The position numbers were made by a program, and so were the translations under genes. From NCBI GenBank assembly GCA_965237415.1, contig CBDEFM010000002.1:2816001-2880000 (forward strand): a stretch of DNA of 64,000 bases, given 5' to 3'. A model generated the notes under the pieces. That model worked only from the letters and a program-made list of their open reading frames with translations, was not told where the DNA came from and searched no databases. The DNA is from Alphaproteobacteria bacterium. GTDB lineage: Bacteria; Pseudomonadota; Alphaproteobacteria; UBA828. Below, in pieces: positions 29,287-38,833 of the stretch. Each line of letters begins with the position of its first letter. The first letter of the stretch is position 1.

Positions 29287-30651
29287 TCATTCGAGCACCG
29301 TTCTCGGCAGCCACATGGCGATCTCGGGGAAGGCGATGACCAGCCCGAGCCCGACGAGCTGCAGGATCACGAAGGGGATGATGCCGCGGTAGATCTGTTG
29401 AATGCGCACTTCGGGCGGGGCCACGCCCTTCATGTAAAAGAGCGCGAAGCCAAACGGTGGGGTCAGGAACGAGGTCTGCAGGTTGACCGCCATCAGGATC
29501 GAGAACCAGTAGACGACCTCGAGCTTGGGTACGTGATCGCCGAAGTCGAGCCCCGCCAGGATCGGCGCGAACACCGGCAGGACGATCAGCGTGATCTCGA
29601 TCCAGTCGAAGAAGAACCCCAGCAGGAAGGTCACCAGCATGAGGATGATCAGGATTCCCCAGGGCCCGACGCCGACGGAATAGACGACATCCTCGATCAG
29701 CTGGTCGCCGCCGAGCGAGCGGAACACGTATGAGAACGCCGTCGCGCCGATGAAGATGAAGAACAGCATGCCGTTGGTGAGCGCCGTGCGCTCGACCACG
29801 TCCCGCAGCATCTTCCACGAGAATTTGCCGTTGATCACCGCCAGCAGGAGCGCGCCGAAGGCGCCGACGCCCGCCGCTTCGGTCGGCGTCGCCCAGCCCA
29901 GCACGATCGAGCCCAGCACCAGTAGGATAAGGAATACCGCCGGAATGAGGCCCCTCAAGAGCATGAAGACGAGCTCGCCAGTGCTCTTTGGCCCCGTCTC
30001 CTTGGGCAGCGGCGGCGCGAGATGGGGCTTAAACCGGCACAGCGTGAGGATGTAGATGAAGTAGAGGCCCGCGAGCATCAGGCCGGGGAATACCGCCGCG
30101 ACAAACAGCGTGCCGACGGAGCGGCCCAGTAGATCCGCCATGATGACCAGCATGATGCTGGGCGGAATCAGGATGCCGAGCGTGCCCGATGCGGCGATCG
30201 TGCCGGTGGCGAGCTCCATGTTGTACTTGCGCTGCAGCATGACCGGCAGCGCCATCAGGCTGATCATCACCACCGAGGCGCCGATGATGCCGGTGGTCGC
30301 GGCGAGGATCGTGCCCATCACCGTGACCGCGAGCGCGAGCCCTCCCGGCGTCCGCCGCAGCAGGACCTGGAGGCAATAGAGCAGATCGGCGGCGACGCCG
30401 GATCGCTCCAGCATCGTGCCCATGAAGACGAACATGGGGATCGCCACCAGCACCAGATTGTCGGCGATGCCCCAGATGCGGAGCGGCAGGTTGAAGAACT
30501 GGATGACGTGGAAGACGTCGAGCGCGACGCCGAGGAAGCCAAAGGCCAGCCCGACGCCGCCGAGAACGAAGCCGACGGGGAAGCCCGAAAACAGCAGGAT
30601 CGCCAGCGCTCCGAACATGAACGCCGGCAGATAGTCCTCGATGTAGAACAT
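29287..30651 (-). CDS. dctM: TRAP transporter large permease
   Basis: AIPMFVFMG, GTLGILIPPSI, ATPTEAA, TSFLTPPFG. Confidence 0.93.
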   Translation of the reverse strand: MFYIEDYLPAFMFGALAILLFSGFPVGFVLGGVGLAFGFLGVALDVFHVIQFFNLPLRIWGIADNLVLVAIPMFVFMGTMLERSGVAADLLYCLQVLLRRTPGGLALAVTVMGTILAATTGIIGASVVMISLMALPVMLQRKYNMELATGTIAASGTLGILIPPSIMLVIMADLLGRSVGTLFVAAVFPGLMLAGLYFIYILTLCRFKPHLAPPLPKETGPKSTGELVFMLLRGLIPAVFLILLVLGSIVLGWATPTEAAGVGAFGALLLAVINGKFSWKMLRDVVERTALTNGMLFFIFIGATAFSYVFRSLGGDQLIEDVVYSVGVGPWGILIILMLVTFLLGFFFDWIEITLIVLPVFAPILAGLDFGDHVPKLEVVYWFSILMAVNLQTSFLTPPFGFALFYMKGVAPPEVRIQQIYRGIIPFVILQLVGLGLVIAFPEIAMWLPRTVLE

Positions 30652-30678
30652 GCGCTGCGGCTCCCGACCCGGCGCGGC

Positions 30679-31242
30679 CTACTCGGGCCGTTCCGGCTCT
30701 TCTGCGCCCTCGTCGCCGAGAGAGCGACGGAGCTCAGGAGAACCGAACAGCTCCACGAACTTGCGCAGCAGCACGGCGATCGCGGCCAGACCCAGGAGGA
30801 GCATCCCGGCCGGCAGGAAGCCCTTGATCGCCCAACGGTAGGGCAGGCCGGTGGCGGAGTCAGAGGCTTCGCCCACGGCCCAGGAGCGCTCCACGAAGTC
30901 GAGCGCGAAGTAGAAGACGATGGCGCAGTAAGGAAGTGCGAAGACCAGGCAGCCGACAAACTCGATCCAGCGCTGCACCCTGGGGCTGAAGCGCTCATGC
31001 ACCAGGCTGATCCGCACATGGGCGTTCTTCAGGTAGGCGAAGCCCAGGCAGAGCAGGAACAACACCCCGTGCAGGTGCCATTCGCCTTCCTGCAACTTGG
31101 TCGAGCCCAGCACGAGGAAGCGGCGGGTGATGACGTCGAAGATGATGATGATCATCAGCGACACCGAGATCCAGGCGCCGATACGCCCGACCCAGGTCAC
31201 CACCGAATTGAGGACGCCCTCAACTCTCAGGAGGTACCGCAT
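30679..31242 (-). CDS. dctQ: TRAP transporter small permease
   Basis: Four TM segments; LQEGEWHL, AHVRISLV; start uncertain. Confidence 0.88.
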   Translation of the reverse strand: MRYLLRVEGVLNSVVTWVGRIGAWISVSLMIIIIFDVITRRFLVLGSTKLQEGEWHLHGVLFLLCLGFAYLKNAHVRISLVHERFSPRVQRWIEFVGCLVFALPYCAIVFYFALDFVERSWAVGEASDSATGLPYRWAIKGFLPAGMLLLGLAAIAVLLRKFVELFGSPELRRSLGDEGAEEPERPE

Positions 31243-31364
31243 ACAGTCCGTTACCGCCGCCCCACCGAGACAATAGGGGAGCGCCGGAACGCGGTCTGCA
31301 CCGGTTCCGGCGCCCCTCGGCAAAGGAGAAGCCGCACGCCGTGGCGCGCGGCTTCAGCTCGGCC

Positions 31365-32423
31365 CTAGTTCAGATAGCCGAGCTCCTTCCAGATTGCGTA
31401 CTCGGCGCGGTACGCCGCGTAGGACTCCCAGACCTTGGCGAAGTTCGCGTCACGCGCCACGTCCTCGGCCGCGACCTCGTTCCACTTCTCCTCTAGCGTG
31501 TCCAGGATCTCCTGCGACCAGCGGTGGATCGTCACGCCCTTCTCCTGGAGCTCGACCAAAGCGGCACCCTGGATCGCCTCGCCCTCGGCCAGCCCTTCGC
31601 GGAAGGCATCGCCGCAGACGACCTCGATCTGCGCCCGCTGGGTGTCGCTCAGCGCATCCCAGGCGGCCCTGTTCATGAGCAACTCGAACATCGTCGCCTG
31701 CTGGTGCCATCCGGGGAAGTAGTAGTGCTTGGCGACCTGGTAGAAGCCGAGATTGAGGTCGATCGCCGGCATCGAGTACTCGGTGGCGTCGATGGAGCCG
31801 CGCTCCAGCGCGGGGAAGATATCGCCGCCGGCAATGAGCTGGGTGGAGACGCCGATCTTCTCCATCACCTTGGCGCCGAGGCCGAAGAAACGCATCTTCA
31901 GGCCCGCGAGATCCTCGATGGAGTTGATCTCCTTGCGGAACCAGCCCGACGCCTCGGGCGCGATGACGCCGCAGGGCAGCGACTTCAGGCCGTGCGGCTC
32001 GTAGATTGCATCCCACAGCTCGTAGCCGCCGCCATAGTAGATCCACCCCATATACTCGCCGGCCCTCGGTCCGAAGGGGACGGCGGCGAACATGGCGAGC
32101 GCGGGTTCCTTGCCGTACCAGTAGCCGGGCGTGGACCAGCACGCATCGACCGAGCCCGCGGCCACGGCGTCGAAGCACTCCTTCGCCGGAATCAGCGCGT
32201 TCGGCTCGAAGAACTTGATCTGGACATTGCCGCCGGAGATACGGTCCAGACGGTCCACCATGCTCTTGCCGAGCGTGCCAAGCTGGGTCAGGCTGCTGGG
32301 GAACCAGCTCGCCATGTTCCAGCGCACGCGCTCGTCCTCGGCCTGGGCAAGGCCCGCCGCAAGAATCGCCGCACTCAACACGCCGGCGGCAAGGCCGGCC
32401 TTGATCGACTTGCCAACATTCAT
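31365..32423 (-). CDS. dctP: TRAP substrate-binding protein (TakP/alpha-keto-acid type)
   Basis: Signal peptide after a GGAGGGAG RBS; SGWFRKEI, GLKMRFFGLG, YYFPGWHQ. Confidence 0.9.
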   Translation of the reverse strand: MNVGKSIKAGLAAGVLSAAILAAGLAQAEDERVRWNMASWFPSSLTQLGTLGKSMVDRLDRISGGNVQIKFFEPNALIPAKECFDAVAAGSVDACWSTPGYWYGKEPALAMFAAVPFGPRAGEYMGWIYYGGGYELWDAIYEPHGLKSLPCGVIAPEASGWFRKEINSIEDLAGLKMRFFGLGAKVMEKIGVSTQLIAGGDIFPALERGSIDATEYSMPAIDLNLGFYQVAKHYYFPGWHQQATMFELLMNRAAWDALSDTQRAQIEVVCGDAFREGLAEGEAIQGAALVELQEKGVTIHRWSQEILDTLEEKWNEVAAEDVARDANFAKVWESYAAYRAEYAIWKELGYLN

Positions 32424-32600
32424 TTGCGTGCTCCCTCCCATCGTTTCGCCGCGCCCTGCACAGGCGCATTGGCGGCCTTCTAATTCCGGTCCCGGCATCC
32501 GCGGCCGGCGGCGGCGGCGCCCTGTGTCGCGCCCTGGCGTCCGCCAGGATGCCACGCTAGAACAGGCGCACGGGCGCGGCAAGCGCCCCGGGAGCGAACA

Positions 32601-33365
32601 TTGATCTATGTCAACCGGTCCGCCGTGGTGACCGGCGGCGCCAGCGGCATCGGGCGAGAGGTTGCGCGCGCCTTGGCAGAGCGCGGCGCTGCGGTCGCGG
32701 TCGCCGATATCAACCTGGAGGGCGCCGAGCAAGTCGCCGCGGCGCTCGTGCAGGGCGGCGCAAAGGCGGAGGCCATCGCCTGCGACGTGAGCCGGCCCGA
32801 GCAGGCGGACGCAATGATCGCCCGGGCAATTGAGGCGTTCGGCAAAGTCGATATCCTGGTGCACAGCGCCGGTGTCGGCGTCGAGCGCAGCTTCCTCGAC
32901 ACCACGCCGGAGGAATGGCAGCGCATCCTCGACATCGATCTCTCCGGCACGTTCTTCTGCGGCCAGGCGGCGGCGCGCCACATGGTCGAGCGTGGCTATG
33001 GCCGCATCGTCAATCTCGCGTCGACCGCCGGCGTGCGCGGCGGCACCGGGCGCGCGGCCTACGGCACCGCCAAGGGCGGCGTCATCGCGCTCACCAAGGT
33101 GATGGCGGTCGAGCTTGCGCCTCACGGCATTACCGTGAATGCGCTCGCGCCCGGCGCGATCGAGACCGAGCTGGTGGCGAAGATGCACTCGGCCGAGACG
33201 CGGACGGTCTACCGCGCCGGCATCCCGCTCGACCGCTACGGCACGCCGGAGGAGACCGCAGCCGCGGCGCTCTTCCTCGCGAGCGAGGAGGCCCGCTACG
33301 TCACCGGCCACGTGCTCGCGGTCGATGGCGGCTTCCTCGCGGCAGGGGTGATGCACCGCCGATAG
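32601..33365 (+). CDS. short-chain dehydrogenase/reductase
   Basis: TGGASGIG, YGTAK (YxxxK), NALAPG, YVTGHVLAVDGG. Confidence 0.92.
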   Translation: MIYVNRSAVVTGGASGIGREVARALAERGAAVAVADINLEGAEQVAAALVQGGAKAEAIACDVSRPEQADAMIARAIEAFGKVDILVHSAGVGVERSFLDTTPEEWQRILDIDLSGTFFCGQAAARHMVERGYGRIVNLASTAGVRGGTGRAAYGTAKGGVIALTKVMAVELAPHGITVNALAPGAIETELVAKMHSAETRTVYRAGIPLDRYGTPEETAAAALFLASEEARYVTGHVLAVDGGFLAAGVMHRR

Positions 33366-33505
33366 CTGTCTTTGTCGCTCACGGCAGCCGGCCGGCGGCC
33401 GGCGCCTCCGCGTCGCGCGTTCACGCGCGCGGGCGCGCGATGGCGCCGCAGGAGCGGCGGGCCGCGGCCGCGGCCTGTTGCGAGGCCTTCGAAGACGGAC
33501 TCGCT

Positions 33506-34390
33506 CTAGGACTCGGCTGTCGGGCGCTGGCGAGACGCGACCAATCCGAACAGCGCGTTGCCTGCCACCGAAGCCAGGATCACCACGGCGCCGATGAAGA
33601 TCAGCGTGCCGGGCACTTCGCCGAAGCCGAGCCAGACCCAGATCGGCGCAAAGACGGCATCGATCAGCACGACGAAGATCAGGACCGGTGCCGGCAGGTA
33701 GCGCGCGGCGTAGAAGTAGAGGGTAAGCGCCGAGGAGAGCTGCACCAGGCCGAGCGCCGCCATCATCCCCACTTCCCGGCCCGTGGCTTCGAACGGCAGG
33801 GCGAACGGCAGAGAGACGAGGCCCGCGATCACCGCCGCCATCAGTACCGCCGGCTCCATCCGCCCGGTGCGGAAGCGCCTGGCGATCAGGGTCTGGATCG
33901 CGATGGCGGCCGCGATAGAAAGCGCGAGCAGGTTGCCGATGACGCCGCCGCCAACGTCGCTCCAGAACATCACGCCGACGCCGCAGAGGCTCCCCAGCAG
34001 CGCGAGCCACGTCCTCAGCGCCACCGGCTCGCCGAGCACCGGCTTGGCCAGAAGTGCCACCATGACGGTGGACGTCGTCATGATCGCGATCACGTTGGCG
34101 ACCAGCGTGTACTGCATCGCCAGCACGTAGGCGATGATCCCCCAGCCGGTGGTAACGCCTACCGCGAGCACCGGCCAGCCCGAGGCGCGGAGCAGCGGCC
34201 ACACCCGCCCCCGCTCGGACACGAAGAGGATCGCGAGCACGCCGAGCGCGGCGAAGAAGCAACGGACCGCGATGATCTCCCACGGGTCGACCGATACCGA
34301 GCGGACGAAGAAGCCACCGGTGCTGAAGCAGAGGCCGGAGACGATCGCGAGGCCGGCGCCGATGAGGAGACGGCGTCGCGCAGGGGTCAT
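33506..34390 (-). CDS. DMT/EamA family transporter
   Basis: About 10 TM helices in two repeats; LGE and APIWVWLGFGEVP motifs. Confidence 0.85.
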   Translation of the reverse strand: MTPARRRLLIGAGLAIVSGLCFSTGGFFVRSVSVDPWEIIAVRCFFAALGVLAILFVSERGRVWPLLRASGWPVLAVGVTTGWGIIAYVLAMQYTLVANVIAIMTTSTVMVALLAKPVLGEPVALRTWLALLGSLCGVGVMFWSDVGGGVIGNLLALSIAAAIAIQTLIARRFRTGRMEPAVLMAAVIAGLVSLPFALPFEATGREVGMMAALGLVQLSSALTLYFYAARYLPAPVLIFVVLIDAVFAPIWVWLGFGEVPGTLIFIGAVVILASVAGNALFGLVASRQRPTAES

Positions 34391-34536
34391 GGGCGGGCTC
34401 CCGTATCGCCCGATCCGTGCCGATGCGTGACGGCGGGCGCGGCATGGTAGCCCGTCGCGCCTTGCAGCGCTTGCGCGGCGCCTGCCGGCGCCGGGGCGGC
34501 GGATGACGCTGGCGTGCGGCTCTGGCAAGGTGAGGC

Positions 34537-35787
34537 ATGAGCGAAGATCCGAGAAACATTTTTCGCCGCCTGCTGGACGCGGCTCTCGCGAGTGCCCGGC
34601 CGGCGCGCTGCTTGCCGCCGCACCTGCCTGAGCCGTCCGCCGGCCGCACCGTCGTGGTGGGCGCCGGCAAGGCGGCAGCGACGATGGCGCGGGCCGTCGA
34701 AGATCACTGGGAGGGTCCCCTCGAAGGCCTCGTCGTCACCCGGTACGGCCACCGCGTGCCGACGCGGGCGATCGAGGTGGTCGAGGCGGCGCATCCGGTG
34801 CCGGATGCCGGCGGCCGCGAGGCCGCGGCGCGCATCCTCGCCATGGCGGAGGGACTGGGAGCGGACGATCTCGCGCTCTGCCTCGTCTCGGGCGGCGGCT
34901 CGGCGCTGCTCACCCTGCCGGCGCCGGGGATCGCGCTTGCGGACAAGCAGGCGGTCACCGGCGCGCTGCTCCGCTCGGGCGCCGCAATCGGCGAGATCAA
35001 CGCCGTGCGCAAGCATCTCTCCGCCATCAAGGGCGGGCGGCTGGGGACGGCATGCTATCCGGCTCGCCTCGTGAGCCTCCTGATTTCCGATGTGCCGGGG
35101 GACGATCCCGCAGTGATCGGCTCGGGTCCGACCGTGCCCGACCCCACCACCTTCGCGGACGCCCTTGCGGTGCTGCACAAGTACGGGATCGACGAGCCCG
35201 CCGCCGTCATCCGCCACCTCAAGCAGGGCCAGGAGGAGACGCCGAAGGAGGGCGACCCCCGGTTCGCAGGCGCGCAGACCCGGATCGCGGCGACACCGGC
35301 GATGGCGCTCGCCGCCGCCGCCGATGCGGCGCGCGAAGCCGGCTACGCGCCCGTCATCCTGGGCGATGCGCTGGAGGGCGAGGCGCGCGATCTCGCGGGC
35401 GTGCACGCCGCGCTCGCGCGAGACGCCGCGCCCGGCACCATTCTCCTTTCCGGCGGCGAAGCGACGGTGACCGTCACCGGCGAAGGCCGTGGCGGCCCGA
35501 ATGCCGAGTATGCGCTCGCACTTGCGCTCGCGCTCGACGGTGCGCCCGGCATCTTCGCCATCGCCTGCGATACCGACGGGATCGACGGCACCGAGGACAA
35601 TGCCGGCGCCCTGGTCGCGCCCGACACGCTCACGCGCGGCCGCGCGGCGGGGGAGGATGCCGCTGCCCGACTCGCTGCCAATGACGCCTACGGGTTCTTC
35701 GCCGCGCTCGGCGATCTGGTGATGACCGGGCCGACGCTCACCAACGTGAACGACTTTCGCGCGATCCTGGTGAGCCATCCGGGTTAG
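34537..35787 (+). CDS. ttuD: glycerate 2-kinase (TtuD/MOFRL family)
   Basis: GAGKAAA, AAHPVPD, LVSGGGSALL, SGGEATV, GGPNAE, DTDGIDG, TNVNDFR. Confidence 0.92.
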   Translation: MSEDPRNIFRRLLDAALASARPARCLPPHLPEPSAGRTVVVGAGKAAATMARAVEDHWEGPLEGLVVTRYGHRVPTRAIEVVEAAHPVPDAGGREAAARILAMAEGLGADDLALCLVSGGGSALLTLPAPGIALADKQAVTGALLRSGAAIGEINAVRKHLSAIKGGRLGTACYPARLVSLLISDVPGDDPAVIGSGPTVPDPTTFADALAVLHKYGIDEPAAVIRHLKQGQEETPKEGDPRFAGAQTRIAATPAMALAAAADAAREAGYAPVILGDALEGEARDLAGVHAALARDAAPGTILLSGGEATVTVTGEGRGGPNAEYALALALALDGAPGIFAIACDTDGIDGTEDNAGALVAPDTLTRGRAAGEDAAARLAANDAYGFFAALGDLVMTGPTLTNVNDFRAILVSHPG

Positions 35788-35813
35788 CCTGCCTGTCTCG
35801 CCACGGTCGCGGG

Positions 35814-36023
35814 CCGGTTCCGCGTGCCACCGCCGGCACAGCTTAATTCCTATCCGGGATTCGGCGGGATTAAGTGGGATAAGTGGGATTCCGCGGGACG
35901 TCGCGCGCGCCCGAAGGGTCGTGCGCGCGGCACCAAGTGTCGCGCACGGCCCGCTCATCTCCCCTGCCGTGACCCGTCCGCTTTCGCGCTGCATGGCGCG
36001 ATCTTGGGGCAAGAGCCGTGCGC
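35814..36023 (-). repeat. dispersed modular repeat, copy 2
   Basis: Reverse complement matches the blocks of 21669-21885 in a different order. Confidence 0.8.
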
Positions 36024-36144
36024 CCTGCACCGCACTATGGTCCGGGGACTCGGGAGGGGAAGCGGCGCGTTTGCGGGCTTACCGTTGACCGGCAGCGGTG
36101 CCTTGCCGATAACGGGGGGCAGGGAGACCGCAGAGGCACGAGTC

Positions 36145-37590
36145 GTGCGCCGACACCGCCGCGCCAAGATCGTCGCAACACTCGGGCCGTCGAGCTCCGA
36201 CGAGGCGACCGTTCGCGCGCTGTTCGAGACCGGCGTGGACGTGTTCCGCCTCAATTTCAGCCACGGCACCCACGCCGAGCACGGCGCCCGCCACGCCCTC
36301 GTTCGCGCCGTCGAGGCGGCGGCCGGCCGGCCGATCGGGATTCTCGCCGATCTTCAGGGGCCGAAGCTCAGGATCGGCACCTTCCGAGGCGGCGAGGCGC
36401 CGCTCGCCCAAGGCCAGCGCTTTACCCTCGCTCTCGGCGATGCGCCGGGGGACCAGACCTGCGTGGGCGTGCCGCACGCTGAAATCTTCGCGGCGCTAGC
36501 GCCCGGCGCCGAAGTGCTGCTGGACGACGGCAAGGTGCGGCTCCGCGTCACCGCGTGCGGGCCGGACCATGCCGAGACGGTGGTGGTGACGCCGGGCGTC
36601 CTCTCCGATCGCAAGGGTCTCAACCTGCCGGGCGTGACGCTCCCCATCGATGCGGTCACGCCCAAGGATCGGGAGGATCTGGCTTTCGCCCTCGGCCTTG
36701 AGGTCGACTGGGTGGCGCTCTCCTTCGTTCAGGGGCCCGACGACATCGCGTCCGCGCGCCGTCTGATGCCGGACGACGTGGCCATCGTGGCCAAGCTGGA
36801 GAAGCCTGCGGCGCTCGATTGCCTGGAGGAGATCGTCGAACTCTCCGACGCGATCATGGTGGCGCGCGGCGACCTCGGCGTGGAGCTTGCGCCCGAGGAC
36901 GTGCCGGCCGCGCAGAAGCGCATCGTCCATGCGGCGCGGACCGCCGGAAAGCCCGTGGTGATCGCGACCCAGATGCTGGATTCGATGATGATTGCGCCGG
37001 CGCCCACCCGCGCCGAAGCCTCGGACGTTGCGACCGCGGTTTATGACGGGGCCGATGCGCTCATGCTCTCAGGCGAATCCGCGGCCGGACGCTATCCGCG
37101 CGAGGCGGTGGCGATGATGAACCGTATCATCGAGCATGTGGAGCGCGACGACGCCTACCGGCGCTATGCCCACTGGCAGCAGCAGGACCCCGAAGCGACG
37201 ACGGCCGATGCGATCACCGCCGCCGCGCGCCAGGTGGCGGACACCTTGGACGCAGCCAGCATCGTGACCTACACCACCTCGGGCTCCACCGCCGTCAGGG
37301 CGGCGCGCGAGCGGCCCAAAGCGCCGATCCTCGTGCTGACTCCGGACCGCGGGACGGCGCGGCGGCTTGCGCTCGTCTGGGGCGTCCACTGCGTCCACAC
37401 CGACGATGCCACCGGATTCACCGACATGGTGGAGAGGGCGTGCGCCCAGGCGCTCGATGCCGGCCACGCTGCGCCGGGCGAGCGCATCGTCATCACCGCC
37501 GGCGTCCCCTTCGGCACGCCGGGCACGACCAACGTGCTCAGAATCGCTCGGGTCCAGCGTTCGGAAGAGAAATCGGGGACGCGCGCTTGA
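36145..37590 (+). CDS. pyk: pyruvate kinase
   Basis: KIVATLGPSS, FRLNFSHG, DLQGPKLR, IMVARGDLGVE, ATQMLDSM, MLSGESA. Confidence 0.95.
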   Translation: MRRHRRAKIVATLGPSSSDEATVRALFETGVDVFRLNFSHGTHAEHGARHALVRAVEAAAGRPIGILADLQGPKLRIGTFRGGEAPLAQGQRFTLALGDAPGDQTCVGVPHAEIFAALAPGAEVLLDDGKVRLRVTACGPDHAETVVVTPGVLSDRKGLNLPGVTLPIDAVTPKDREDLAFALGLEVDWVALSFVQGPDDIASARRLMPDDVAIVAKLEKPAALDCLEEIVELSDAIMVARGDLGVELAPEDVPAAQKRIVHAARTAGKPVVIATQMLDSMMIAPAPTRAEASDVATAVYDGADALMLSGESAAGRYPREAVAMMNRIIEHVERDDAYRRYAHWQQQDPEATTADAITAAARQVADTLDAASIVTYTTSGSTAVRAARERPKAPILVLTPDRGTARRLALVWGVHCVHTDDATGFTDMVERACAQALDAGHAAPGERIVITAGVPFGTPGTTNVLRIARVQRSEEKSGTRA

Positions 37591-37672
37591 CCCTTGCCCA
37601 CCGCGATTCCTATGCTGCCACTCTATTCATGCCGCCGGCGGCGGCCCGCGCGAACCCAGGGGAGGGGAAGGG

Positions 37673-38833
37673 ATGAACAAGTTGTTGTCAGCGGGCCTCG
37701 GTGCGCTCGCCGTGCTTGCCGTGACGGCGCCAAGCGTACACGCGCTGGACGATCTCTCGCACTATGTGTTCGTGCCCAACCGGGCGTCCGCCGATGTGGC
37801 GGTCATCGATACGCGCATCGATGCGGTGATCGCGCATATCCCGGTGGGCCAGGTGCCGCATCAGGTCGCGGTCTCGCAAAGCCTCGGCAAGATGGCAGTG
37901 ACGAACACCGCCGATGACACCGTCTCGGTAATAGATCTTGCAACGCTCGCGGTGACGGCCACCATCCCGCTCGGCCATGAGCCCGAGCACATGGAGCTCG
38001 ATCCCTCGGGCGACGTGCTGGCCGTGGCCAACATCGGCGACGGGACGGTGTCGCTGGTTTCGCTCCGCACCGAGCGCCAGCTCGCACGCGTGGACGGGCT
38101 GCACGAGCCCCACAACATGACCTTCGACCCTTCGGGCGAGCGCCTCTATGTCGGCAATCTCGGCGCGAGCTTCGTCAGCGTGATCGACGTGCCGCAGGCC
38201 ACGGTCGCCGGCGAGATCGCCGTTGGGTTGGACCGGGCGCTCGCCGCCCGCGGCGCGGCGGACGAAGACGCCTATCAGGGCATCATCAACGTCACCGCCA
38301 CGCCTGACGGCAAACTCGGCTTCGCGGCTTACGGCGAGGGCGATGACATGGCGGTGATCGACCTCGAGACGGGCCGGACCCTCAAGACGCTTGATCTCGG
38401 CGATACGCCCTGGCGCGCCTATGCCACCGGCGACGGCCGCTACATGATCGTCCCCAACAACGGCGACGAGACGGTCTCGGTGGTCTCGACCGAGACGCTG
38501 ACCGAGGTGGCGCGGCTCCCCGGTGCGGCCGACATGACCGGCGTCAACACCGGCTCGTTCGACTCGCTCGCCTACGTGATCAGCCGGGGCGACGACAAGG
38601 CGCTCATTATCGACCTCGAGACCATGCAGCCCGCCGGCGAGATCGCCCTGCCGGGCACGCCGGAGACCGGCGTCGTCACGCCCGACGGTACGAAGCTCTA
38701 TGTCGCGTTGAGCGATGCCAACACCGTCGCCGTGATCGATGTGGCGGCGAAGGCCGTGATCGCGACGATCGATGGCGTGGGGGAGGAGCCCTGGGGCGCC
38801 CACATGGCGGGCGCGGTCAACTACTGTCACTGA
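37673..38833 (+). CDS. secreted YncE/YVTN-type beta-propeller protein
   Basis: Signal peptide; repeated ~43-aa blades (VSVID...IPVG..P); ends GAHMAGAVNYCH. Confidence 0.85.
   Translation: MNKLLSAGLGALAVLAVTAPSVHALDDLSHYVFVPNRASADVAVIDTRIDAVIAHIPVGQVPHQVAVSQSLGKMAVTNTADDTVSVIDLATLAVTATIPLGHEPEHMELDPSGDVLAVANIGDGTVSLVSLRTERQLARVDGLHEPHNMTFDPSGERLYVGNLGASFVSVIDVPQATVAGEIAVGLDRALAARGAADEDAYQGIINVTATPDGKLGFAAYGEGDDMAVIDLETGRTLKTLDLGDTPWRAYATGDGRYMIVPNNGDETVSVVSTETLTEVARLPGAADMTGVNTGSFDSLAYVISRGDDKALIIDLETMQPAGEIALPGTPETGVVTPDGTKLYVALSDANTVAVIDVAAKAVIATIDGVGEEPWGAHMAGAVNYCH

Noticed and set aside
31365-34670. 1101-aa ORF that looks like a giant TRAP SBP fusion
   Set aside because: Only the last 352 aa are SBP, with their own RBS and signal peptide at 32423; the rest is an open shadow frame over the SDR and DMT genes.
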